From the NCBI GenBank assembly GCA_040758475.1, contig JBFLVN010000001.1:1-51563 (forward strand): a DNA stretch of 51,563 bases. Direction: 5' to 3'. Of the stretch, positions 33,666 to 44,900 are shown piece after piece. The notes beneath the pieces were generated by a model, which was given only the letters and a program-made list of their open reading frames with translations, searched no databases and was not told the origin of the DNA. The stretch's first letter is position 1. Each line of letters begins with the position of its first letter. This DNA comes from Bdellovibrionota bacterium. Its GTDB lineage: Bacteria > JAGRBM01. Position numbers and translations under genes: made by a program.

Positions 33666-36600
33666 CTATTTCCCCGTCTTCGCGGTTACCGATTCAACCA
33701 TCTTTTTGAACGCGGCCTCGATCTCGTAAACATCCGTGAACTCGGTGAAAGCCCAGCGTCCGTACTGACGCAGGTTATTCACTCCCGGCATCCAGTAGGT
33801 ATCCATCGTGGCTTTCTTGTCCTTGGCGTCCTCTCCCCGGTAGCCCTTGATCTCTATAATGAGGTTGAGCGTGTCGGCACGGCCGTCGTCCACCTGCACG
33901 ATGAAATCGGGGATGTACTTGCGCATCGTGGAACCGTAGCGGTAGGGGACTTCGAGCCCGAGGCCGTGGTTCTTTACGTAGGCCCGGACTTTGGGATGGG
34001 TTTCGGCTACCCGACAGAACTCGGCCTCCCAATCACTATCCAGTACCACCCAGTTGACGTGGCACTTGCGCGAGTCGGTCTGCCAACGGCTTGACTTGGA
34101 GGTGGCAAAATGGACGTGCTTGGTTGAACCCTCCGCGTTGTAAGGATCGAGCACGGCCTTGATGGGCCGTTTCCCCATGAGAGCACGGGTGATCCCGGCG
34201 GTGATACGCTCGCAGGCCATGTCGGCAAGCTCCTGGTACATGAGCTGGGCCGGGAATGTGCCACCCTTGCAGACGAGGCAGGTATCGAGCCATTGCTTGG
34301 TAATTCGCTTTAGCTGACCGAACAGGTGGAGCTTGGGGTCGTCCCCCTGGTCCCGCCATTTTGTGTAGATGAGGCGCTTCGTCAGGTGAAAGAGCAGCGT
34401 TGACTGCCTCAAGTCCCCCGTATGGACGAGATTGAGGTCGATGCCTTCCCCGATAATTCCTGCGTTCCTGGTGATGGAAGGACCAACCTGGTCCGGCGTG
34501 AGTTCCAGGGTAGAGTCTGGGGTAAACGCCGCGGTTAGGCGCTCCTCGCCCAACTCAATCCGGTACCCCTGAACCCTAGGGAAACGAATCTCCAAGGCAT
34601 CTCGTTCGGGACTCATGGCCTTTACCTGGATCGTCTCCCGGGGTTTCTGGGGCGGGGCGATTACGGGCTTGGCCGTGAAATCGAAGGGAATTCCCAGCAC
34701 GTCGGCGTACTCCACATCGAAGAGATTGTCTTCGTTGAGATCATAGGATTGGCGCCGCAAGGCACGTCCGATCACCTGCTCGCAAAGAAGCTGCGTGCCG
34801 AAAGCCCGCACACCCAGGACGTGGGTGACGGTGTTCGTGTCCCAACCCTCCGTCAGCATAGAGACGGACACGACGCAGCGGATGGACTCGCCGAGGCGGC
34901 CTTCCTTGCCCACAGTGTTCATCGCTTCCCGGAGCAGATCCTGATCCGTCAGGTTCTCCGCCTTGCTGCGGTCTCCGGTGCGCTCCACGATCTCTCGGCG
35001 GAAACGCTCGATCTCATCCGCCGCCATTTTTCGGAAGTCGTCGTCCAAGGTCTTCCCCGACTCCAACTGCTCGCTGTCAATCAGAAGGGTTCTTGGGCGG
35101 GGAATCTGATTGCCATGCTCGTCAAAATTGCGGAACAGGGCCAGACGGCCGTTCTCCAGCGTCGTAGAGCCGTCCTCGTTTTCCCGGTGAAACCCCGAAA
35201 TGTAGTCGTAGACTAGCTTGGACGTGGAGGTGTTGTTGCAGACGACAATGAAACAGGGCGGAACTTTGATGCCGGCATCCTTCCAAAGGTTGAAAGTCTT
35301 TTCATAGTGGCCGTAGAGGGCCTCCAGGGCGGTTTGCAGTTCCACGGGGATGCTCAAAGGATCGAGCGTCCCAGACTTCTCCCGCCCCTTCTTGGGCATC
35401 TTGCCCCGGATGTGTTCCCACAGGTTGCGGAACTTGGGCATGTCGCCGCCGGGGATGTTATCGGCGACGGGGACGCGCGGGAGCTTCACGATCCCGCATT
35501 CGATCGCGTCCATGAGTGAGAAGTCACTTACGGTCCAGGGGAAGAGGGTCCCCTCGGCATAGCCGGAGCCGCGCAGGAAGAAAGGCGTGGCCGAGAGGTC
35601 AATCACGCGGGCCAGCCCTAGCTTGCGCTTCACGGTTTCAAGGCCCGAAATCCAGACGCGGGCAGCCTCGTTGTTCTTCTCGGCTTCCTTCTTCTCTTCA
35701 CCCTTGAGATCGTCGTCATCATCCTCACCATCGGGTTTCTCCCGATAGCAGTGATGGGCCTCGTCGTTGAGCACCAGGACGTTCTTCATGCCCATGAGGT
35801 CCGGCATCACCCGCTGGAGCATCTGCCCCTCGGTCTCCAGCGTTTTGATCTCCTGGCCGCGGCCCTGGAGAAGGGCGCGCCCCGTCTTGGAGATTTCCAT
35901 TCGCTCGCGCATCTGGAAAGCGTGGAAATTCGTTATGACGATCTTGGCGTGCTTTACGTCGCCCAACATGTCACCGGGAACCAGCTCGCGGCTCTGGTAG
36001 TAGCTGTCCGGATCGTTGGGCTGGAGTACCCGCAGGCGGTCGCGGATCGTAAGGCCGGGCGTCACCACGAGGAATCCCCGCGTGAAGTGCTTGCTCCCCT
36101 GGCGGCGGACGGCGTTGATCGTCTGCCACGCGATGAGCATGGCCATGACGGTCGTCTTGCCCGCACCAGTGGCGAGCTTGAGGGCCATCCGCAGGAGTTC
36201 GGGATTGGCGTCGTTGTTGGCATTTGCCAGGTGGTCCAGGAACTTGCTTCCGGTCTTGCCGAGCTTGGGGGCCACCTCTGTCAGGTAGATGACCGTCTCG
36301 ATGGTCTCGACCTGGCAGAAGAAAGGACGAATATCGCTGAATTTGTAGTGACGCCAGTGCTGAAGCAGCCGGGCAGTCTCGGGCGTTACGTTCCAATCGT
36401 TGGGGTTCGGAAGCGCCCTCCACTGATCCACGTGGCGGCGTAGTTCATTGATGTTGGAGGTAGTCTCGTATTGTTGATCGGTTGTCGAGAGCCCTTTGCC
36501 CTCATCGAAGACGATTTCCCGTTGGCCTTTGGATTTATGTTTCTTCGGCTTGGGGATGGGGGTAATGAAGGAGACCTTCCGGCGCTCCTCGATGATCCGT

Positions 36601-36695
36601 TGCGTGGGCTGGCCGCTCTCGTCCAACTCCCAATGGCGAGCCGGATACTCGTAGGGGGAGTTGAGGATCGGTTGCTCAAAGAAACGGTTGTCCAT
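33666..36695 (-). CDS. res: Type III restriction enzyme Res subunit (SF2 DEAH helicase + C-terminal PD-(D/E)xK nuclease)
   Basis: Walker A LATGAGKTTVMAMLIAW, DEAH in VLNDEAHHCY, helicase-C block MLTEGWDTNTVTHVLGVRAF. C-terminal nuclease-like YIPDFIVQVDD...LNLIIEIKGY. The likely start is the ATG at 36695 (MDNRFFEQPILNSPYEYP). The track ORF opens at 36728. Confidence 0.9.
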   Translation of the reverse strand: MDNRFFEQPILNSPYEYPARHWELDESGQPTQRIIEERRKVSFITPIPKPKKHKSKGQREIVFDEGKGLSTTDQQYETTSNINELRRHVDQWRALPNPNDWNVTPETARLLQHWRHYKFSDIRPFFCQVETIETVIYLTEVAPKLGKTGSKFLDHLANANNDANPELLRMALKLATGAGKTTVMAMLIAWQTINAVRRQGSKHFTRGFLVVTPGLTIRDRLRVLQPNDPDSYYQSRELVPGDMLGDVKHAKIVITNFHAFQMRERMEISKTGRALLQGRGQEIKTLETEGQMLQRVMPDLMGMKNVLVLNDEAHHCYREKPDGEDDDDDLKGEEKKEAEKNNEAARVWISGLETVKRKLGLARVIDLSATPFFLRGSGYAEGTLFPWTVSDFSLMDAIECGIVKLPRVPVADNIPGGDMPKFRNLWEHIRGKMPKKGREKSGTLDPLSIPVELQTALEALYGHYEKTFNLWKDAGIKVPPCFIVVCNNTSTSKLVYDYISGFHRENEDGSTTLENGRLALFRNFDEHGNQIPRPRTLLIDSEQLESGKTLDDDFRKMAADEIERFRREIVERTGDRSKAENLTDQDLLREAMNTVGKEGRLGESIRCVVSVSMLTEGWDTNTVTHVLGVRAFGTQLLCEQVIGRALRRQSYDLNEDNLFDVEYADVLGIPFDFTAKPVIAPPQKPRETIQVKAMSPERDALEIRFPRVQGYRIELGEERLTAAFTPDSTLELTPDQVGPSITRNAGIIGEGIDLNLVHTGDLRQSTLLFHLTKRLIYTKWRDQGDDPKLHLFGQLKRITKQWLDTCLVCKGGTFPAQLMYQELADMACERITAGITRALMGKRPIKAVLDPYNAEGSTKHVHFATSKSSRWQTDSRKCHVNWVVLDSDWEAEFCRVAETHPKVRAYVKNHGLGLEVPYRYGSTMRKYIPDFIVQVDDGRADTLNLIIEIKGYRGEDAKDKKATMDTYWMPGVNNLRQYGRWAFTEFTDVYEIEAAFKKMVESVTAKTGK

Positions 36696-36904
36696 TAGAT
36701 TTGCTTCCAAACCGTCTCTACCATTCAAAACGAGGTCTAATAACTGTATTTCCCAGATTCATCAAGGCGTTTCCGCCTTAAAATCCTCATATCCTCCAAG
36801 CCTTGTTTTAAGGAGCACTCGTTCTAAGAGCTGTATTTCTTGCAACCTAATGGAGTGGAGTTTTGGGCATTTATCAAAAGGAAGACACTGCGAACGGGTA
36901 GTTC

Positions 36905-37267
36905 TTACCTCCGTTGCCTTCGCTTCTTTTTCCCTTTCGCCAGCTTCGCGGCCGGCGCCTGGCGGAAGGGGTTGGGGATGGGGCCGCTCTCGAAGAGTTG
37001 AGGGATCGGCACCCCGTAGGCAATCGAGATCGCCTTGAGGATTCCCACGGAAACGTTTGTTTTCCCGCCTTCCATGCGTTGCAGGTAGATGGGGTGGATG
37101 CCGATGGCTTCCGCGGCCTCTTCCTGGGTGGCTCCCAGGGATAAGCGGATTTCCCGAAGTCTTGCCCCCAAACGGAGGCATTCCTTGCGGATAGCCTGGT
37201 TAATCTCAGGGCGTTGCCAGATTTCGCTTCGGCCGGGCTTTCGCTGGATTTTGGAGGAAGAAGCCAC
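36905..37267 (-). CDS. XRE-family HTH regulator upstream of res/mod (possible controller protein)
   Basis: HTH LGARLREIRLSLGATQEEAAEAIGIHPIYLQRMEGGKTNVSV. GTG start. Same strand as res, 209 nt upstream of the res start (ATG 36695). Confidence 0.7.
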   Translation of the reverse strand: MASSSKIQRKPGRSEIWQRPEINQAIRKECLRLGARLREIRLSLGATQEEAAEAIGIHPIYLQRMEGGKTNVSVGILKAISIAYGVPIPQLFESGPIPNPFRQAPAAKLAKGKKKRRQRR

Positions 37268-37375
37268 GTCCCGGCTATTACTGTCCTTAGCGGATCGTTT
37301 GAATAAACAATTGATTGACAGACTATCGTCTAGTTATTTAAGATTCCCGCCATCCGCCGAAGGGATGGGGGAGTC

Positions 37376-38080
37376 ATGCAAGGAGTCGATGTCCCCGCGC
37401 CAGCTTTGATGGCCGGTGCCCACGTCATTTGCCGATACCTCACGCAGACCGGCAAGCTTTTGGCCGTCGCTACCCACGTCTCCGAACGCCGCCGCCAGGA
37501 GGTCTATTCCTTCCGGTATGGCTATCTCTACGGGGATAGGAAATGGGATTTTGAGGGCTTTAAAGAGCGGGAAAGTTGGGTTTCTCCTGAAAATGTTCCT
37601 GGCTGGCGAGGCGTTGTCGCCTGGGATTTGCCCAAGATTCTCGAATACCGGACCTGCGTATTGGCGAAACTCCCCGGGGAGCATTCGGGCTGGTTGGCTG
37701 ACGATCTGGTCTTTACGTATTCGCAACACGTCCGGACCAAGGGGAGTTACCAGGGGGAAAGAGGCCGCATCCGCCACGACCGGGTTTATTCGGACGTGGC
37801 GCAGGTGGTTGTAAAGATCCTCTCCGAAGACGGGCCTTTCGGAAAAACGTTCAATGATCTCCGAAATTCTCAAAGAAACTCGCCCTGGCACGAGCGCAGG
37901 GAAGGGCTGCCAACTTATTGGATGCTCGTCTGTGGCCGCGATCTCCTGGCCGAAGAAGCCCGGATTTTGGAAACGGAGAGAATCTTGTCCATGAGGCTTG
38001 GGGAGGATTTTGAGAGTTTCCTGGAATTGTTGCCGTCCCTGGATACCCTGCCCCTCTTCGTCAATACGGGGGTGATATGA
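37376..38080 (+). CDS. Hypothetical protein (234 aa), divergent from the XRE gene
   Basis: Longest ORF in this stretch with a diverse, W/Y-containing composition. A 185-aa antisense ORF (37334-37891) competes and I cannot exclude it. No motif recognised. Confidence 0.4.
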   Translation: MQGVDVPAPALMAGAHVICRYLTQTGKLLAVATHVSERRRQEVYSFRYGYLYGDRKWDFEGFKERESWVSPENVPGWRGVVAWDLPKILEYRTCVLAKLPGEHSGWLADDLVFTYSQHVRTKGSYQGERGRIRHDRVYSDVAQVVVKILSEDGPFGKTFNDLRNSQRNSPWHERREGLPTYWMLVCGRDLLAEEARILETERILSMRLGEDFESFLELLPSLDTLPLFVNTGVI

Positions 38081-38132
38081 GGGTTCTTGTTTCGGCGGAA
38101 GGCGTTGCTTCAGACGGCCTCCTCAAAAGGGT

Positions 38133-38162
38133 GAGCCCGGCGGGGGTTTGTCCGCCGGGCTC
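38133..38162 (+). terminator. GC-rich stem-loop downstream of the 37376-38080 ORF (possible terminator, no U-tract)
   Basis: Perfect 11-bp stem gagcccggcgg / ccgccgggctc with an 8-nt loop, 53 nt after the stop codon. Confidence 0.3.
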
Positions 38163-38903
38163 TGCATCATGCGCCTCCTGGCATCTTTTCGGAACGGAAA
38201 AGTCTTCGGGGACTTACGATCCGGTGAAAACGCCAGGAGTCTCTCTAGGGTGAGAGCGATCATAGCGGGGTCGAAGCGGTTTGCAAGATGGCCTCAGGTG
38301 CCCAAAGACTGAAAGGAAAAATCCGAGGACGAGGAGGAGGAAACCTGCAAGACACTGGATTTACTGGAAAAATAACCTGTGCCCACCAAGTAGGCACTCC
38401 TGCGGCCCTGGCTCTCAGGCTGGCGCGAAGGCGTAAACCCGGTTTACGGTCGCACGTTGGAAGGCAAAGGGTGGGCGCCAACTAAGTATGCACTAATGGG
38501 AGGAGCGCACTGTGCGAGTGCAGCCAAAAAACAGCCTTGTGGCGCGATTTTCTCAAAGATTACGGCTCCTTATGCTGCTTTTCCAAGTGTGAGCCCCGTA
38601 GCTATTACAAAACGGCCGACCGAAAATCGGATATGGCATCGTAGCAAAATGAGTAGTTCGGCGGCGGTGAGCGACGCTCAATGGCGATTTCCCGAGTTAT
38701 TTCAGGGAGTTGGGCTTGAAAAGGGTGTACACAAATAGTGCACGGATTTGAAAGGGGACGGTTGATTTCTCTCTTGCCATTGGTTTAATAAGCAAACTGT
38801 AACCAAACGAATTGGCCCTGTCGTGGTGGCGGGGCCTGTTCCAGCTAGCGGGGACAACAAGGGGCGGTTTTTGGGGAAAGAAACCGCTGGAGGAGTCATC
38901 ACG

Positions 38904-41900
38904 ATGAACCGCGTGAGATGGGGAGTGTCTCTATTCGTCTGTACATTTCTCGCCGTTGGGTCCGCCCATGCTGATCCAGTAACGGTCATCTTGGACGCGC
39001 AGGGCGATACCTACGTTCGGGGCGGCAGCAGCAATACGAATGAAGGAGCGTCGAGCTTCACCCAGGTGCAAAGCTCTGGGAACAATCGGGCGCTCGTTCG
39101 ATTCTCCCAGGTCGAACTGGAATCGGCGCTGGGCGATGGCTCCCTCATTTCAGCGACGCTCGAACTCACGATCACCGAGAACGGGGATAATTGGGGAAGC
39201 ACGGGCCGGACGGTGGACGCTCACCGGGTCACGGTGGATTGGGCGGAGGGGAATGGGCAGGTTTCGGGCCACAACCCTTCCGACCGTGGCGCGGGCTCTG
39301 GGGCGACGTGGAACTGCGCCATTGATTCGAACATCTCGAATTCGGCCAAAGACTGCATCGGTTCGACCGAATGGAACATGAGCGGCTCAGGGGCACGCCC
39401 CTGGGTAACGGTTCCCACGGCTTCTCTCCTTATTACGAACTCTCTAACAGGCGCCGTAACCTGGAACGTGACGAGCGACGTGGATGCGTTCCTCACGGGG
39501 ACGGGCAACTACGGTTGGGTCATTAAGAGGACTGACGAAGGGGCGAGCGGTCAGGCGGATTTCGGTTCCAGGGAAAGCGCAAATCCTCCAAGGCTTATTC
39601 TGGTCGTCGACATGCCGACCCCGAATTTCCCGCCCGCCATTTCGGGGAACCCACCGGCAAGAGTAAACGAGGGGGATTCCTATAGCTTCATTCCCACGGC
39701 CAGCGACCAGAACCCGGGGGACGTTCTTACGTTTTCGATCCAGAACAAGCCCGCCTGGGCCTCGTTTAACGCGAGCACCGGCGAGCTTTCGGGAACCCCA
39801 AGCCTCGCGGACGTTGGAATTTATGACAACATCATCATCACGGTCACCGATCCGGCGATGGCATCGGATTCCCTTCCGCCATTCTCTATCGCGGTGACGA
39901 TCACGTTGGAAGTGGTTGCCGATACCTACCTGAGAAGCGGGGCGGAGAATACGAACGAAGGAGGCTCTACTTTCCTTCGGGTGAGGGAATCGGGCGACAA
40001 CCGCGCGCTCGTGCGCTTTAGCCAGGCGGAACTTGAGGCGGCCGTAGGAGCAGGAGCGCTTTCCTGGGCACTTCTCGAAGCCGACATCCAGCACAACGGC
40101 GATAACTGGGGCACGGGCCGCGCCGTTGACGCCCATCTTCTTACTTCCGATTGGACGGAGGGGAATGGAAAGGTTTCGGGAATTAACCCCTCGGACCGTG
40201 GCACTGGGCCGGGGGCCACGTGGAATTGCGCGACGGACGCGGACATTGAGAACCAAGCCAAGGACTGCTCGGGAGTATCCGAGTGGAACATGAGCGGTGC
40301 CGGGCTTCGCCCCTGGGCGGAAGTCCCGACGGATACAGTAACGATCACAAACCTCCAGAGCGGCACGGTCGCCTGGGACGTGACGGCGGACGCCCTTTCG
40401 TTCCTCTCTGGGAGCGCCCCCAATTACGGCTGGCTCATTCGCAAGACCGAGGAGGGGCAACCCGGCCTCGTGGAATTCGATTCCCGCGAGAGCGGCAATC
40501 CCCCGCGTCTTGTGCTGGCCATTGATACGTCAGGAGTTTCGAACCATCCGCCCACGATCTCGGGGACGCCGCCCACGAGCGTTAATGAAGATAGCCTCTA
40601 CTCTTTCACCCCTACGGCCAGCGATCCGGATGCTGGTGATACGCTTACTTTCCAGATAACCAACAAACCCGCCTGGGCGGCGTTTAGCACTTCAAGCGGG
40701 ACTCTCTCCGGTACACCAACCAACGCCGACGTGGGCACTTACACCGGGATCGTCATATCCGTGCGAGATAGCGCCTTGGCTACGGCGACGCTTCCGCCGT
40801 TTTCAATCACGGTCGTCAATACAAACGACGCGCCAACGATCTCGGGTAATCCGCCCACGACGGTCAGCGAAGATTCTTTTTATACCTTTACCCCTTCGGC
40901 CTCTGATGACGATATCGTTCATGGGGATAGCCTGACATTCTCCATTCAAAACCAGCCCGCGTGGACCTCTTTCAATCTTCTGACCGGCGAACTCTCCGGC
41001 ACTCCCGCAAATGAATACGTAGGGGTCTACCCAGGAGTTGTTATCTGCGTTTCGGATGGGGAGGCGCCGGACGCCTGCCTTCCGGCTTTTTCGGTCACTG
41101 TTACAAACACCAACGATCCGCCGTCAATTTCAGGCACGCCCGATACGGCTGTTTTTGAAGATTCCTTCTATGGCTTCGTGCCAACAGCTCTCGATGATGA
41201 TCTCATCTACGGAGACACCCTCGAATTTTCCGTTCAAAACCTGCCGCCCTGGGCGGAGTTCGATCCGTTTACCGGCACGCTTTCCGGGGCGCCAGAGAAC
41301 GGGGATGTCGGTACCTACGCCGGAATTATCATCACGGTGACGGACGATTCCTTTGCCAGCGCGGCCCTTCCGGCGTTTTCGATCACGGTCGTTAATACGA
41401 ATGACGTGCCTACCATCTCGGGTACTCCGCCCACGACAGTCAGCGAAGATTCTTTTTATACCTTTGTCCCTTCGGCCTCTGATGACGATCTCGGCGATGC
41501 CTTGAGCTTCACGATTCAGAACAAACCGGCCTGGGCATCGTTTAGTGCGGTGACCGGGGAACTTTCTGGCACTCCCATTAACGCAGACGTGGGAACGTAC
41601 GTGGGCATTGTGATTTCGGTTCAAGACCTGGGTGGCGCGACCGCTTCACTACCCGCTTTTTCTATCACTGTTACGAACACGAATGACCCGCCCACCATCG
41701 CGGGTACGCCGCCCACGCAAGTAGCGCAGGGGGCCTTGTATAATTTTACCCCCTCCGCCACCGACGAGGATTTTCCGCATGGCGACGTACTGACTTTTTC
41801 GATCACAAACCGGCCTCCTTGGGCGAGCTTTGACACCGAAACCGGACGTCTCTTCGGAACACCCGGAAATGCCGACATTGGTACGTATTCCAGCATCGTT

Positions 41901-44900
41901 ATCACGGCGACCGATTCCTCGAACGCCAGCGCCCAGCTTGCGGCCTTTACCATTGAAGTTACGAACGTAAACGATCCGCCCAGTATCGGTGGGACGCCCA
42001 GCACGAGCGTGAATGCGGGCGAGCTTTATTCCTTTACGCCTACGGCGAGCGATCCGGACACTCCTTATGGGGATACGCTTACGTTCTCCGTTCAGAATCC
42101 GCCGCCTTGGGCCTCCTTCAGTACCGCTACGGGAGCGCTCTCGGGCACGCCTACGGTTGCCGATGCGGGTACGTACTCGGGCATTGTCGTTTCGGTACAA
42201 GATTCTTCTCTCGCCACGGCCGCTCTCGCGCCCTTTTCCATCGAAGTGGTTTATGTGGTGACGAACTGTGTTCCGGACTATGAGATCGTGCGCGTGAGCG
42301 TCGATTCTGAGGGCAACGAAGGGAACGATTGGAGCCTCGGCGGCTATCTCTCCGCCGACGGCCGTTATACGGCCTTCGATTCGATCTCCGACAACTTGGT
42401 GTCTAACGATACGAACTGGACCTACGACGTCTTCGTGTTCGACCGGCAGACCTGTGCGACAGAGCGCGTTAGTGTGAGTTCGGCGGGTGACGAGGCTGAT
42501 GCCTCTAGCTCGACGGCGGCTATTTCCCCTGATGGCCGGTACGTACTCTTCTATTCGGACGCAACCAACTTGGTGCCCGATGACACGAACGGATTTGGCG
42601 ACGTGTTCATGCGGGACCGGCTCTCTGGAGAAACCGAACGGGTGAGCCTCCGGGCGGACGGGGGAGAGGTTCAAGGAGAGAGCAGCTACAGCCGGTCGCT
42701 CTCCGCCGACGGGACTTGGGTGGTTTTTGAGTCCTTCGCCAGCGACGTGGTGCCAGGAGATACGAACAACAACTGGGATGTTTTCGTCCGGAACCGGCTG
42801 ACAGGGCAAGTCGAGCGGGCAAGCGTGACCAGTTCAGGGGGGCAGGTGTTTGGTGCCAGTTTTGGCGGCTATCTTTCGGCTGACGGAACCCTCCTGGTAT
42901 TCGACTCGGAGGCGTTCAACCTCGTGTCGGGGGATACTAATGGGGTATCGGACGTTTTTATCCGCGATTTGCAAACCGGCACTACTACTCGGGTGCTGGG
43001 AGAGTCCGGCGTGCAAGGCAATGGCTATAGCTGCTGTGGCGTTCTCTCTCCCGACGGGCGGTACTTGGTGTTCGAGTCGGAGGCCACCAACCTCGTTGCT
43101 GACGACACGAACGACGCGAGCGACGTATTCCTGCGCGACCTCGTGACGGGAGAATTTGAGCGCATAAGTCTTTCCTCGGTAGGTGAGGAGGGAGACGGGT
43201 TTAGCGCCTTCGAGGCGATTTCCGCTGATGGCCGGTACGTGCTCTTTTTCTCAGACGCCACAAACTTAGTGCCCGGCGACACGAATGCTTTTGGCGATGT
43301 GTTCGTGCGGGACCGGGCTTCGGGGCAGACCCGCCGGGCAAACCTGAACGCGCTGGGTGTGGAGGCGAGCGATTTCTCGGGTCCGGGCTCCATTTCAGAG
43401 GATGGCCGTTTCGTTGCTTTCAACAGCGGCGCTACGAATCTGGTCCCGAATGACACGAACGGGGCGTTCGACGTGTTCGTGGCGCCCAATCCGTTCCTGA
43501 TCTCGGCACCACCTCTGCCCCCGCTGATTTCCTCGGTCCAAATCGTCTGCACTCCCGGCAGTGAGCAGACCACGATTCTAGGAGAGGGATTCCTGCAACA
43601 AAATGGCACGGCCAACGGAGTCCTTATTACGACCCATTCAATCGCTCCGCTATCTGCTCCCGTAACCCGCCTTCTCACGGATTTGAACGCGGACGCGCAG
43701 AATACCCAAGTCGTGATCCCAGGGATCGTGAGTGGTTTGACCGACGTCGGCATTGTCGATGTTTCCCTTGCGACCGCCGAAGGGACATCCAACGTCGTCC
43801 GGGCTACGAGTTGCCTCGGGCAGGGTAATACGCCGCCTTCCATCGGTGGCGTCCCTCCGGCATCCGTAAACCAAGGGGAACTCTATTCCTTCATCCCGTC
43901 CGCGTTTGATCCCGATCCAACCGATGTTCTGGAGTTCATCATCGAAAACCAGCCCCTCTGGGCGTTCTTTGATCCGTTCTCCGGTGAGCTTTCCGGAGTG
44001 CCCGGAAATGACGATGTAGGCGTTCACGAGGACATCGTTATCTCGGTCACGGACGGCCGCTCTCTACCCGTTTCGTTGCCTCCGTTCTCCATCGAGGTTT
44101 TTAACGTCAACGATCCTCCAACCATTACAGCTTCCGCTCCGGCGTCCGCGAACGCCTTCAAGTTCTACCAGTTCGTTCCGGCTGCCGACGATCCCGATCT
44201 CCTCTACGGTGACGAGATATTCTTCTCCATTTCCGGCAAGCCCCGGTGGGCGCGCTTCGATGCGAACACCGGCGTTTTGAGCGGTGCCCCGGCGGACACG
44301 GATATCGGTGTATTTGCCGGAATCAGCATTTCGGTAAGAGATATCGCCGGTGAAACCGCGACGTTTGGTCCTTTCAGCATCGAGGTCGTTCCAGGCTCCC
44401 TTCCGCCGGACCCGGCCTTGGTCGCCACTCCCTTGGATCAGACCGTCGCCGCTAATATCTTCGACGGTACGGAATTTCTGTATTCGGGGTCTGATCCGAT
44501 TCAGATGGGGATTGAGGCCGAGGTGATTGTCCCCCGCCAAGCGGCGGTCATCAGGGGGCAGGTGCTTGGGACCGACGGAACGCCTTTACCCGGCGTTCGC
44601 GTCAGCATCGCCGATCACCCGGGTTATGGATTTACCTTTAGCCGAGCCGACGGCTGGTACGATCTAGCGGTAAATGGCGGTGGGCTTCTGACTCTCGACT
44701 ACGAGAGAAGCGGATTCATTAGCGCTCAGCGCCAGTCCGATATCCCCTGGCAGGATTACGTCGTACTCGATGAAGTGCGGCTCGTGGCTTACGACACCGC
44801 CTCTACGGTCGTTAATTTCTCGGACCCTATCCAAGTCCATCAAGCCAGCGTGGTGACCGACCAGGACGGAACCCGGCAAGCCGTGCTCCTCTTCGAGCAG

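Noticed and set aside
37334-37891. 185-aa minus-strand ORF overlapping the 37376-38080 plus-strand ORF
   Set aside because: It is shorter, Pro/Arg-rich and would overlap the XRE promoter region. The plus-strand ORF is preferred, but only weakly, and neither has a recognisable domain.
38260-38989. Short ORFs in the RHS upstream region (38260-38481, 38288-38485, 38457-38738, 38702-38989)
   Set aside because: They have no RBS, overlap one another and have an implausible composition. The last one runs antisense into the RHS signal-peptide region. The region is treated as non-coding leader.
40550-42250. Regularly spaced ~285-nt repeats that could superficially suggest a repeat array (CRISPR-like)
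   Set aside because: The repeat unit is far too long and has no short conserved repeat/unique spacer structure. All units are in-frame protein domains of the RHS gene. No CRISPR array exists in the window.
39444-43843. Long minus-strand ORFs inside the RHS gene (39444-40460, 41649-42809, 43025-43843)
   Set aside because: They are antisense to a continuous 11.4-kb frame with repeated recognisable domains, and they are R/G/P-rich.
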